Shown one piece after another: positions 14,461 to 29,496 of a stretch of 64,000 nucleotides of DNA. The translations under genes were made by a program, and so were the position numbers. This DNA is from Guillardia theta CCMP2712 (Eukaryota; Protista; Cryptophyta): the NCBI RefSeq assembly GCF_000315625.1, contig NW_005434567.1, forward strand, positions 35,505-99,504, in the 5' to 3' direction. Within the stretch, counting starts at the first letter, position 1. Each line of letters begins with the position of its first letter. A model generated the notes under the pieces. The model saw only the letters and a program-made list of their open reading frames with translations, did no database searches and had not been told where the DNA came from.

Positions 14461-14820
14461 ATACTCAGTACTGCTTCTTTACTTAAAGTTAAGTTATTTT
14501 TTATTAAAGAGTTTTAAATCAAAAGATTAGTACCAGTGTCGAGGCACCCCGGGCTGCAATCGGACTGGGTCGCCCTCGGCCCGTCATCATACCGTTAAAC
14601 CGTTATTTTTGTTAACTCGTTACGTGGCCGTTACGATTTTTCCTTGCACGGTCATTTCCATTTCAGCGGAATGACCGTACCGTCCGTCATTCCCCCGGCT
14701 CCCGCTATGGCGCCATCAACTCAAGTCATGGCAGCCGCGTCCTCTGAAGGGAGGGCCTGAGAGGAAGGGAGGTGGGCTGAGCGAACTTCCGACCCGGCGG
14801 GGCGGGACTCTGGGAGGAGC
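14461..14820. repeat. Inverted copy of the dispersed AT-rich motif followed by a GC-rich block
   Basis: The reverse complement of 14474-14497 is ATAACTTAACTTTAAGTAAAGAAG, 23/24 identical to 4582-4605. Confidence 0.7.
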
Positions 14821-15825
14821 CTGAGCTGCCAGTCGTCTTAGGCCACTTGGTACCTGAGCCTGTATGCAAGCGTAGTATGCAGGGTTGAGAATACCAGGCT
14901 CGTGAACTTTGGAACCAGGGAGAGGATTGATGGCCGCACTGACGTCATGGCAACCGTAGAACTCTTTGCTAAATCGACTCGAAAGATGCATAGGAGGAGC
15001 AGGAGCAGGAGCAGCATGAGCAGGAGCAGCAGGAGCAGCAGCAGGAGAGAAGCACAGGCAGAGAAGAACGACGATGCATATAGTAGAGCCTTGCAAACTC
15101 TAGGAAAAGACACGGTGTACATATGGATCTCGTAGACTCATCGCGAACCTCTCTCGCTCCCTTGTTGTGCCTCCTGAAGCTAGTTGAGGCTCCCCAATAC
15201 CCCCCAGCGTCTTGTCCCGTCGGCATGAATGTCAAACCATCCTTTGATGTGACGGCAGCTTTCAGGATCGTGAGGGGATGGGGCAGGCGCATAGTTCCGA
15301 CAAGTCGAGCAGGTCTGTTGGAGACCCATGTCATAGACACATGCCTTTCCCCTTGACCCCAACCCCACCTCCGTCCCCTAGTCGCAATCTTGCGATCCCC
15401 TGATCGTACAAATCTTGATTTCTGCTACGTTCCCGTTCCTTTCGCCTGTATTCCCTTCCTCTCCTCCCTACAACCACCACCTCCTCCTCTCCCTCCCTCC
15501 TCCTCCTCCCCCCCTCCTCATCCTCTTCTTTTCCGTCCTCGTCCCCTTCTTTTCCATCCTTCTCCCCTCCTCCTCCTTTCTTCCCTCCTCCTCTTTCCCA
15601 CCCTCTTCCTCGAATATTTCTCTCTCTTCCTTTCTCCTACATACTGCCTCTGCATCCCCACGGTGACCGTACTGTAGAGCTTGTCTGGGCCTAGATATAG
15701 GCTGCTGCAGCGACGGAAAGGATGGGCCCTCCTTGCCGCCTTATCATAAGTTTGGTAACCACGGCCGGTCTTCACAGCAGACATGGAGAGAGGAGGTGAG
15801 CAGGAGCAGGAGCAGGAGCAAGTGG

Positions 15826-15868
<43 letters not shown>

Positions 15869-16041
15869 AGTGGAGGAGCAGGAGCAGGAGCAGGAGCAGG
15901 AGGCAGTCAATCCAGCTCGTCGAGCTGAGAAGCCCAGCCCGTCTTCTTCAGTTTGACTTCAACCCTCGTCATGGTCCGGAGCAGAGACCGGGAGAGGCGA
16001 AGAGACAAGAAGCAGGAGCAGGAGCAGGAGCAGAAAGAGAT

Positions 16042-16078
<37 letters not shown>

Positions 16079-16133
16079 CAACACCAGCATCAGCAGCAAG
16101 CATGCAAGTTTCTCAGCACAGAGGAGCATCGGC

Positions 16134-16544
16134 GATGGATGGGGAGGAGGCAGAACAACGGGGCAGGACACAGCAAACGAGCGCAAGGCAGGCAGGGCAG
16201 GAGGAGGAGGCGATGGAGCAGAGGCGAGGGTCAGACGAGAAGCAGGAGGAGGTGAAGGAGGCGCGACGGCGGCAGCAGCGGGTAGAGGAAGAGCTAGGTG
16301 TGTCTACCCTGGACCTCGCCCTTCCCTCCTCGCTGACTGACTTATCAGCAATTGCTCGTCAAGAAGCGGAAAGATTGAGGCAGGAACTGATGGCTCTCAA
16401 GGTTGCTTCCTCTGTACCCTTGTTCTTTCATTCCCCTCTTCCTCCTCCTTCTACTCCCCGTTGTCCTCGTGTCTCTACTACTTTTCTCCTCCTCTTCTTC
16501 TTTCTTCTCTCCTCCTCCACCACCTCCTCTTCAAACTAATACTC

Positions 16545-16603
<59 letters not shown>

Positions 16604-17279
16604 TCTCCTCCTCCTCCTCCTCCTCCTCCTCCTCCTCCTCCTCCTCCTCCTCCTCCTCCTCCTCCTCCTCCTCCTCTTCCTCATCCGTTCCTTTCATTTC
16701 TTCTGAGTTGCAAGCAGGAGAAGGAGGTGGAACGTACTCGAAACGACATCGAGTACGCCAACAAGCTGGGGGACGCGCAAAAGTGAGAAAGAAAGAGACG
16801 GGGGAGGAGAGCGAGAAGAGAAGAAGAGCAGAGCAGTGGGAAGGACAGTGGAGAAGGAAATTCATTATAGGGGAAGAGGAGAGGAAAGAAGGGAGGAGAG
16901 AAGAAGGGGAGGATCCGGAGAGGGAGCAGGAGCAGAAGCAGGAGCAGACGCAAGGAAGAGTAGGAAGAGGAGGAGGAGGAGGAGGAGGCCCAGGGCGATT
17001 GATCCTGTTGACACGATGGCAGGCGCTTGGGAGCAGCTACGGCAAGGAATGCAAGGGCAGGGGGACTGAGGAAGGGAGAGGGAAGTGGAAGAGGAATGGA
17101 GGGGAAGGAGGGAGATGAGAAGCATGTTGATGTTCATGCAGGCAAGGCAGCAGATCCGCACGCTTTCAAACTTGCCGGACCTGGAGGACGTAGAGGTGCG
17201 AGTGAAGTTTTGTTCCGCTCCTCACCCTCACCCTTATCATCATTACCAACATTGTCGTCGCCCTCATCATCATCATCAT

Positions 17280-17344
<65 letters not shown>

Positions 17345-18072
17345 TCATCATCATCATCATCAACATCATCATCTTTCCCCTTCGCTAACACTTCCTCTTC
17401 TTCTTCTTTCCCCGTGTTCTCCTTCGAGATTGTGCTCGTGAACTTAAAGTTGATCGCAGGACCCCCTTCTAGCCGACCTGACAGTACCGGTGCCGCATGC
17501 TCTAGCCCCTGTGCTCCTTTACTGACTGTTTGCAGGGCTCGCGTGAGCTGCCTGGTGAGCCAGAGACGAGGATACGAAGAAAGGCAGAGAGGAGAGGAGA
17601 GGAGAGGAGAGGAGAGGAGGAGGGAGGAGGGAGGAAGGCCATGAGATAGAGTGGAAGAAGAAAGTTGAGGGAGGAGGAGGAGGAGGAGGAGGAGGAGGAG
17701 GAGGAGGAGGATTTGTGGAAATCCAAGATGATACTGAATTCTTCTGCAGGAAGCAAACCATCTAAGCAGCCAAGCTTGGAGAACGTGAGACGTGGGGAAG
17801 GGGCAGGAAGAGAGGAAGAACACGTGAGGGGGGCAGCAGGCAAAGCTAGAGGGACACCAGAGGAGGGAGGACGCGCAAGGACAGGAGGGAGTAGATGAAA
17901 GAAGGGGGAAGGAGTACCAGTAGGAGAGAGAGGAGGAGAGCGGGAGGGGAGGAGGGAGAAGGAGGGAGAGGAGGAGAGGAGGAAGAGGGGAGGGGAGGAG
18001 GATTGCAGCTGACGGGTCGGTCAGGCTCTTGAGCGACTTGAGAGGGCCAAGAAGAAGTTGAACGAGATGTCG
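16134..18072 (+). CDS. Multi-exon coiled-coil hypothetical protein (ends uncertain)
   Basis: Short exons such as EEVKEARRRQQRVEEEL, ERLRQELMALK, EKEVERTRNDIEYANKL and ALERLERAKKKLNEMS, bounded by AG/GT and separated by simple-repeat introns. Confidence 0.4.
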
Positions 18073-18558
18073 GTGGGCGAGAAGGGGAAGACAAACTACG
18101 AGGTGTGATGAAGGAGTGAAGAGAACAGACAGCGGAGAGAAGGGGGGGGAGGACAGGGACAGGACAGGGACAGGACAGGACAGGACAGGACAGGGACAGG
18201 GACAGGACAGGGAGAGGAGAAGGACCCGACGAGAAAGAGGAGAGGGAGAGGAAAAGGAAGGAAGGGCCAAGGTGGGAACCGTGAGGGGAAAAAGGATTTG
18301 CATGGAAGGAGTTGAACACCAACCCTTACCCAAAAAACTTGTTTAAAGAAAAGGGAAAAAGGACCTTGGTAACTTTTTCCAAAATTCCTTCCCTCCCTCC
18401 CATCAACCTCCATCCTGGGTCACCGAATTTGAAAAGGACCGCCACGCCCCCTCCCCAAAGAATACCTTGCTCTCCTGGCTTCTGTTCCAAACAAATGACG
18501 GGGCCCTTGGGGGTTTTAATTATTAAAAAGGCCCCCCCCCCTTTTTTTTTTTCCTGGC

Positions 18559-18658
18559 NNNNNNNNNNNNNNNNNNNNNNNNNNNNNNNNNNNNNNNNNN
18601 NNNNNNNNNNNNNNNNNNNNNNNNNNNNNNNNNNNNNNNNNNNNNNNNNNNNNNNNNN
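18559..18658. other. Assembly gap (100 N)
   Basis: Run of N; the preceding ~300 bp looks like a low-quality read end. Confidence 0.99.
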
Positions 18659-18719
18659 CTCCTGCCCTGCTCTATCGGTCTTGTCTTCACTATCGTCTCC
18701 CTCGTGCCTCCTTACCCAG

Positions 18720-19940
18720 ACTTTCCGAGTCCCTCGCCTTCTTTCCATCCCATCTTCCTTAGCAGGTCTGACCCCTTGCTTTCTGCTAGAGGATCCTGTG
18801 GCTACATATTCGTGAGTAGGAGCAGGAGCAGAGAAGGCAGTAAGGAGGAGGAAGACGGAGAACAGAGCAAGAGGAGAGGACGAGGACAGAGATTGGGCGT
18901 GGAGGAGGCACACGAGTTGAGCGAGGAGGGGGAGGGTGTGGGGGAGGAGGAGGAGGAAGTTGAAACCTTGGTGCCGTGTCTTGCTGCCTCCACAGCCTCT
19001 CGCAGATGCTCCTCCTTCTCCTTCTCCTGCTCGCCTGTTCAGTGACTAGCTCCCGCGTCAACCTCCTCCTCGACCTCTCGTGCGAGCTCCGCGTACTTCC
19101 TTGCTTTTTCCTGCCTCAGTGCCTGAGCATTGCCGTCAGTCGCCTCCCCACCCCTGCTCCCCTCTCTTCTTCCTTCCCCTCCTCTTCCTGTCCTTCCTGT
19201 TCCATCCCACCATCGCCTTCCTCATATCCCTCCTCCTCTTCCTCCCCTCTCCCTCCTCCTCTCCCTCCCCCCTCCTCCTCTCCCTCCTCCCCTCTCCTTC
19301 ACTTTCTCTCTGCGTCACCCACCTTCTTCTCCATGGCGTGCTGCTCTGCCATGACCTCCCTCTTGATCTTCTCGATCTCAACCTTCTTGTGCTCGGCCTG
19401 CAAGTCCGTCACGCCTGCTGCTCGACGACAGCTGGGCTCACAAGCTTCTGCCGGTGCATGTCCGACTGGTCCTCATGCTTCTTCAACTGCAGGGAGGAGG
19501 TGTAAAGTCAGAGCAGCGCAGGTTTCTCCTCCCTCCTGCTCCCAGCCAGAGATCTGCCCTTTCCTTGCATCCCCCCCCCCCTTCCCCTCCTCCTCCTCCT
19601 CCTCCACTTCCCTCCCGTCTCTCCACTCGTCCTCCCTCCCCTCTCCTCGTCCTCCTCTCCCTCGCCTCCGCTACCCCATCCTTCCATCTTGTCTGCCTCT
19701 ACTTTGACACCCTCCAGAGCCTCCTCTCCTTCCTACCTGCTCAGCAGACCCGAACTTTCGCCTGCAAATGTAGCAAACGCCCGTCCCATTGGCGAGCACT
19801 GCTGAAATGTTCCCTCCTGGCCCAGTAGTTGGGGCTGCTGATGGGGCCTCCCCCGAGCTAGCTGCAACCTGCTCGAACGTCATGCGAGCTGCCTCCCAAA
19901 CTCAATGGGTCGGACAGATGCTGACGCTGCCGCCGCCACT

Positions 19941-19976
<36 letters not shown>

Positions 19977-22900
19977 CCTTCTCCCTTTGGCAGGCCTCCC
20001 GAGATATCCGACCAGCCTCCTCCTCCCGATTCATCAGGGGGTTCAGACTCGTCTGTGCAACGTTGGAAGTTACATTGAGACTGGGAGAGGGAGGAGAGGA
20101 GAGAGGAGAGAGCCAGAGCAAAAGCCAGAGCAAGAGCCAGAGCAGGAGCAGGAGCAGGAGCCGGAGCCAGAGCCAGAGCATTAGCAGGAGCAGGAGCAGG
20201 AGCAGGAGCAGAGGCAGGGGCAGGAGCAGGAGCAGGAGCCAAAGCAAGAGCAAGAGGAGGTTGAACAAGGGGAGAGCAGAGTTTAGAAGTACCTGGATGA
20301 TCTTGCTTGCTTTTCCATTTGTTCAGGTCCGCACCAACATTGATCTTCATGCCAGTGATGCCACTGAAACCAGCCCAAGTCAACTTCAGCTGCGCTCGCT
20401 GACCCTGACTCTCTTCCATGCCTCTCACTCCATCCTGCATCCCCTCCAACGATCGTCCCCGTCCACTCTGCATCACTCCCCATCCTCACTCGCCTCCTCC
20501 CACCCTGTCCGAACCTCTCTAGGTCATTGCTGCCAGTCCCTCCAGCCCTGTCCCCTCCACTTTCATCATCACCTGCCCTTCTTCTTCTTGTTCTTCTCCA
20601 TCTTCTCCATCGCAGCTTGCGCGGCAGCTGGCAAGACCCTTCGTCACTCCTCCTCCTCCCCCTCCTCCTTCGCCTCTCCCTCCTCCTTCTCCTCCTTCTC
20701 CACTACCTGCTGCCTCCGCCGCCACTTGAGCCGCAGACTTCTCCGTCGATACCTGGCGGCCACAGGTCAGCACCGCCCCTCCCCACCATCCCATCCTCAC
20801 GTTCGAGTTCTGCCCCCACGTTCCCTGGTGGCCCTCGATCTCCGCGTACTGCTGGGTCTCGAAGTCGAACTTGTAGTACTGGGACGGCAGGAGCGTGAGC
20901 AGCAGGGACGGGAAGGGCGACAAGCCTGCTCCCCCTCCTCCCCCTCCAGATCCCCCATGCCTTGGTCGACTCTGACCTTTTGAGCAGTCGGCTCGTAGTA
21001 GATGTTGGTAGAGGCGTCGAAGTAGTAGTTGGTCTGCCATGTTCGTCATCCCCGTGCTCAGCAGGCACCACCCCTCCTCACCTGTGCGTGATAGTACCAC
21101 CCTGAGCTCTCGTCGTACACAAACCCAGCTGGGACGTTAGCTGGGGTGGGGAAGGCCTGCCAGAGCAGTTGAGGGCCCGCAAAGCACCCCTCGACTTCCC
21201 ACCTGCCCGGACCCGATGGCCATGGCTTGCTCGACTGCAATGTTGCCCTGAAAGCGGATCTCCGTCAGCGCAAGGAGGAAGTAGAGTCCCCGCTCGCACC
21301 TGCCCGATGCCAGTCGCTGCATAGCCGGCATCGGCTACGTCCTTGGGTCGTGCATAGGAGACAGAGATGGAACTGGGAGGACGAGAGGTCAGGTGGCGGA
21401 GCAGGTGGCGGAGCAGTTGGAGGTTACCTCCCCATAATGAGAAGCCCCTGAGACGCATACTTGTAGACAGCCTGCATTGAGCGATTGTCACTGGCAATGG
21501 AAGGCTGGGGATCGTGGCGAGCACAATAGAGTAGCAGTACAAAGACATCAGAACAAAGATAACAACGGGAGCCGATCAAGTCACATTGCAAGGTGCTGTG
21601 TCATACCTGAGACGACAGGACGTTTCCATAGTCAACAAAACACATATTCTTGTCCGGGATGATCCTTATCTGCCGTTCAAGGGATGGTCCGAAGTCAAGC
21701 GGCATCGCACAGTTGTAACTGAGCGAGTGTAACGGTCCTTACCTCAGTGATCCTGGGCGGCCATTGCGACATAGCGATCCTGATGTGATAATCCGTCGTT
21801 TGCGGCGCCAGTCCTCGCCTGAGCCCGCATCAGTTCCGCCCGTGTACCTTCCCATGAAGCGACTCACAAGAGCAGGATCGAGCTCGGCTTCTCGACCATC
21901 TCTGCCATCCCCGAGGCCTGCGAGCTGTGAGTCAACAAGGGAGCCACTGTCCTGTCAAGGTCTCACGTTCATGGCAGGAATCTGCGAGAGCGGGAGCTCG
22001 TTCCCATCCCGCGGCAGCGAGCACCTGGTACGCTGCTCAGCTCGAGAGGACGAGACAGTCTGCACCGTACGTGAAGCACACGTTCCGCCTTGCGAAGTTC
22101 ATCGTGTTGCACGATGCACAGATCCAATCCTGTTTGGCATTCGCCGCGTTGGAGTTGTCTTGCCTCGACGTGTCTCTGCTGAACTCGATCCGTGCCTGCA
22201 TCCAAAACTTCAAACGAGTCCACCGCGCCCGGCCACCTCCGGCCTACCTGAACTCCCTGTATGAAGATGCATCCACGAAGGGTGTCCATCACCTCCTCCG
22301 CAGTCTGCAGCGTATCCATGTCCACAAACGCGAGTCCCCTGCAAACAGCATCTCAGGGAGGACAAGGAGCGTGATCCTTGTTCCGACGCTCACCTGGACT
22401 CCCCAGTGTTGCGGTCCTTGGCAATCCGGACGCTGGTCGGGACGGTGAACTTAGCCAGCGCTTGACGGACATCTGATATAACCCCAAACAATCCACAAAT
22501 CGACTCAGCCCAGTAACAAAGTCTTCATTCGAGCAGAGAGAGTTTAGACCGTCTTCAGTTGTTGCATAACTCAGGCCTCGCAGGACAAGCGTTCTGTTGG
22601 GCTCGATGTTCTCCCGTGGCCTCTCCCGCTGGAAGCTAACCGCCGCAACGAAAAGCAACGAATCAGACAACACTGGATACTCCTCCAAGGGATGTGGGAG
22701 GATACTCTTCATCGCGGTGTCTCTTCCGAGGCGGCTCGTCCATGTACAGTTTGGGCTCACGCAGGTTGTCCCTGAGTTCATCGAGTAACATGTCAGGAAC
22801 ACCATCACGACAGGATGACACAACTAGATAGTCTTCACACCAACTTCACGTCTACCGGATCTTCACTATACCCCACTCCAACACCAACTTCACATCTACT

Positions 22901-22993
22901 TGCACTTCACTTTTCCCAATCACCTCGGGTAGCGCTCTCTGGACCGGCCGTACGAACGATCCCGGGACCAAGATCTGGATCTCGAGGACCAGG

Positions 22994-23032
<39 letters not shown>

Positions 23033-23363
23033 TCGACCTCCTCGTCCTCTCCGGCGATCTCCGTGTAGGAGAGGGTCGTCGATTCTCTGCGAGGATGAAC
23101 TGAAAGGCAGCCAGCCATAGCTCAACCCACCTCGGGCATAACGCAAGTCGCGCCTATCGTCGAAGTCCCTGTACCTCCGCCCGCTTGCTTCTTGGTTGTT
23201 GAAGTCTCCGCCTAGGGGGACACGTATGAGGATCAGATCAATCGTGCAAGTTAACAGAGTGCGAGCTGCTGCTGGCGCTTGCAGACGGATCAACGTAGCA
23301 ACGAGGAGTACCGAAATCGCTGTCATGAAATCCAGCGCGGCCACCGTCCCCGTAGTACGCCAT
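18720..23363 (-). CDS. RBM5: RBM5/RBM10/SUA-like splicing regulator (RRM, RanBP2 zinc finger, OCRE, C2H2, G-patch); 3' end probably in the gap
   Basis: RRM 'PNRTLVLRGLSYATTE...VRIAKDRNTGESRGLAFVDM'; ZnF 'DWICASCNTMNFARRNVCF'; OCRE 'PAGFVYDESSGWYY...YYFDASTNIYY'; C2H2 'CYICRRKFGSAEQLKKHEDQSDMH'; G-patch 'SKGSDLLRKMGWKEGEGLGK' (~18722-18787). Confidence 0.9.
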
Positions 23364-24169
23364 TGAAAAATCTTGGCTCTAGTGGGTCGTTCTCATGAAT
23401 TCTAATTGTCCAAGAAAAGTCAGAGTATCCCCGGCATGAGATCGGGGAATAGATGGACAAAGATATTGTATCACACAAACAAGATCGCTATCGTGGACAA
23501 TCTCGAACAGTGCAACACCCTTGCGCAATGTATGCTAATCCATAGTCATGTAAATCCACCAGAGCTAATGTCTTCTAATTCTCTCGATCTGCACAACCAT
23601 ATGAAGAGGATTCTACTTTCCACTATAACATGGGCCCTGTTGAACATCGGCAGGAGAGCAAGGTGCCATGGACCTTTTTCCTCGTCACTTCAATGATACC
23701 AGCTCATTGTCAACTGCACCATTCACAACTTATGCTTCTCCTTTCTCCTTATCTTTCATCTCCTCCTCCTCCTCCTCCTCCTCCTCCTCCTCCTCCTCCC
23801 TTCCCTCTCTCTCCCCTGCCGCCTCGCATGCCTGCAGAGTTGAAGCAGGAATTCTTTTGGTACAAATTACAGAGTTTTAAAACTTTTGTTTACATGTACA
23901 GAGGTACAAATCATAAAATATATATGGCTGTAACGAAGAGCCCCTAAAAGTGATATATATCGTTCAAATTCTCAGACTATCAGGTACTCTGTAGCTAATT
24001 TCTCGACACTACGGGATCAATTGTAATATTCTAAAATATTGCTGTCGTGATTTTTTGTTTAAAACAAATATTTACTGAATTTAGTGTACATTTTGTACCA
24101 ATGCATTATATGTAATGGTGATTTTAGTACTATGCCATGATGTTGCCAACTTGCAAGTTGAGCAGCTGC

Positions 24170-24525
24170 AATCGGCGCCGCCGAGCCGGCGTTCCAGACT
24201 GAGTTAGTGACTAACGCGGCCGCCCGGCCGTGCCGACCGGGCCCGGTGACCAAGCCGCCGCCGCTGAATGCCCGGCGACCTGGCGCAATCGCGGCCCGGC
24301 CAGCTGCACTCCCGCCGCCCCGAGACCTCCTGTCAGTGGCCCGGGTCGCCTCGGAGAGCTTGGCCCTCAGGAGCTGCCGTCTCGCTGGTACGGATCAGAT
24401 CAGCCGCGCGATTCACGACTCATGATCGGATCCATACTGGATGATGGCCCGGCACAGGCGGCCGCTGAGACGGGCGGTGACTCACTGCCGCCGTGCGGCC
24501 TGCGCAGAACTTCTCCAGGCTAGAC
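24170..24525. repeat. GC-rich palindrome-dense intergenic block
   Basis: Same CCGG/GATC/GACTC/ACTGAG vocabulary as the other blocks. Confidence 0.6.
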
Positions 24526-24682
24526 CACCGAACTGGCAGCCACAAACAAACACAATCACACACGCTGAGAGCGCTTGACTCGCCACTTAGAAACATTCTT
24601 GTTAGCTGAGCAGGGCCTGCCCTCTCTAACGAATCAATAAAGCTCTGCCGCTACCGTGAGCCTTCTCGGGCCGCGCGGTCAT

Positions 24683-27498
<2,816 letters not shown>

Positions 27499-28129
27499 CC
27501 TGGAACAAGGCCTCCGCCCGATGCAGCAGCACCAGCTAGCTACCCAGCGTTGATGAAGGTCAGAGCCACCAGCTGACCACCTAAGGAGAGCGATCACACA
27601 CCGGGCACCGCCAGAAGCATGCTGCTTCTGCTACCGTCATACTTCTTGCGAGTACGTTCCTTGTTTGTTTCCCTCGCTTTCTAGCGCCTACTGTCGGAAT
27701 AACAACAGCTTCTCTAATAAAATTATCTCCAACTATTTCCGCATGAAACCAATCTGAAGCTAGCCTCTGACTAGCCAGGAGCAGTACATAGTTTCAACAC
27801 ACAGCCTTCCTGCCTTTCGACTCAAGGAAAAACATCTCTATCCTCTCTGACGCTTGAATGCCGCCCCCTCCCCCGCCATCTCTCCACACTGCACAACAAC
27901 GAGCAAACAGTGTGGCTGAAATTCATTTGTATCCTTTGATCGTTTCTCCAGCGCAGCTATCCCTCGTTTTCTCATGCTAATCACAATGCCTCCCTCCTCT
28001 CTCCCAACAGGAAACATCCCCCCGACCCCCCTCTCCCATCATTCTTCCCTCTCTCCTCCTCCTCATCTCCATTTTCCTCCCTTGCCTCCTGCTTCGCCCC
28101 TCCCCCCCCGGCCTCCTCCATCCTGCCGC

Positions 28130-28900
28130 TCCCTCACACCCGTGAGCATGTAGTACAGAGCTCCCATCACGCAATGTCGGGACCACCCCTACCCCCCACT
28201 TTGACTGTCTTGAACCCGTGCTGTCTCTGTACCCTTGCACTTAACAGTACCCTACCCATCTTATTCCCCTCCACTTCTAGCTTCTCCCACCCTACCCCCT
28301 TTTACTAGTACCCCTACTCTTGATGAAGATCACACTACCCACCCCAAAGATTCCTAAAAAGCAGGTACCCGACCTAGACAAGTCCCTTTGGTTGAGGACC
28401 CTACCCTCAATTCAAGACCCTGCCCGTGTACAACATTTCACTTGCCCTTGGTTCTTGCCAGCATTACCACAATTTTCAAATATTCAACTCTTCAACTACT
28501 ATTTTAAAAAAATACATAATATTTTCAACTGCTGTGATTAAAATTGTCAAATGTATCGACCCACCCCCTACCTCCAAGTTAAACTATAGTCATCTTTACC
28601 CCAGGCAGCTGAATTCTAGAACTTTACGACCACCCCACCCTCTTGAATTGGTAGAGACCCCATAAAATCTCTCTTAAAAAACCCACCCTCGAATCGACCA
28701 TTGGAGATCCACCCATCATCCGCTAGTCCTCTCACAACTTGCACCCCCTTATCCTAGTACAAAGAGCACCCACCAACCCTTTGAATAATAGTCCCCATGA
28801 TCCACCACCCCTCTTCCAACACTACCCACCCACCCACATACCACCCACCCTCCTCAAGTCCAACCAAACACGTGATCAGCTCCCGAGGGTCCTTCACACA
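28130..28900. other. Strand-skewed (TACCC/CACCC)-rich intergenic tract
   Basis: Dense ACCC/CACCC/TACCC runs with G depletion on the + strand. Confidence 0.55.
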
Positions 28901-29210
28901 CTGAGGCGGGCCGTGACTCATCAATCCCACAACCCGGGAGATGACCGGACTGAGGCCGGGGAACCTTATTTCAAGTTTTAAACCCCGCCATGGCCACGAG
29001 TCCACCTCCGTCCGCGCCCGCCGTGGAATGAGAGTGAGGGGGGGGGGGGGGGGGGGGGGGGGGAAAGCCGGGGGGGGGGGGGGGGGGGGAGGGGGGAAAA
29101 AGAGAGGGGGGGGGGGGGGGCCTCAAACTGGGGGGGGGGGGGGGGGGGTTGGATGGGGACGGGGGGGGGGAGGGTTCCGCTCCCGACTTAGACCTGGGGG
29201 GGATGGGGGT

Positions 29211-29310
29211 NNNNNNNNNNNNNNNNNNNNNNNNNNNNNNNNNNNNNNNNNNNNNNNNNNNNNNNNNNNNNNNNNNNNNNNNNNNNNNNNNNNNNNNNNN
29301 NNNNNNNNNN
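29211..29310. other. Assembly gap (100 N)
   Basis: Run of N preceded by poly-G low-quality sequence. Confidence 0.99.
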
Positions 29311-29346
29311 AGGGGGAGGAGGGAGGAGGGAGGAGGGAGAGCGGAA

Positions 29347-29388
<42 letters not shown>

Positions 29389-29496
29389 GAGGGGGGAGCG
29401 AATGACACTGAAGGGATGAGTGAGGGAGGCAGAGGGGAAATCAGCCTCAAAAGCAGCCGTCGACAACTGCAATAATCTTGTCGACGAAGATCTTCC

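Noticed and set aside
14716-15356. ORFs including a signal-peptide-like one with 'KEFYGC' resembling family A 'YGCP'
   Set aside because: TTG start, low-complexity core and none of the other family A motifs; strand and frame cannot be resolved.
15733-20983. Long RS-, poly-L-, poly-P- and poly-E-rich ORFs
   Set aside because: Produced by (GGAGCA)n/(CCT)n intronic repeats on both strands.
28970-29210. Poly-G runs as a G-quadruplex or telomere-like element
   Set aside because: Adjacent to an N gap and typical of a degraded read end; the same applies to ~18230-18558.
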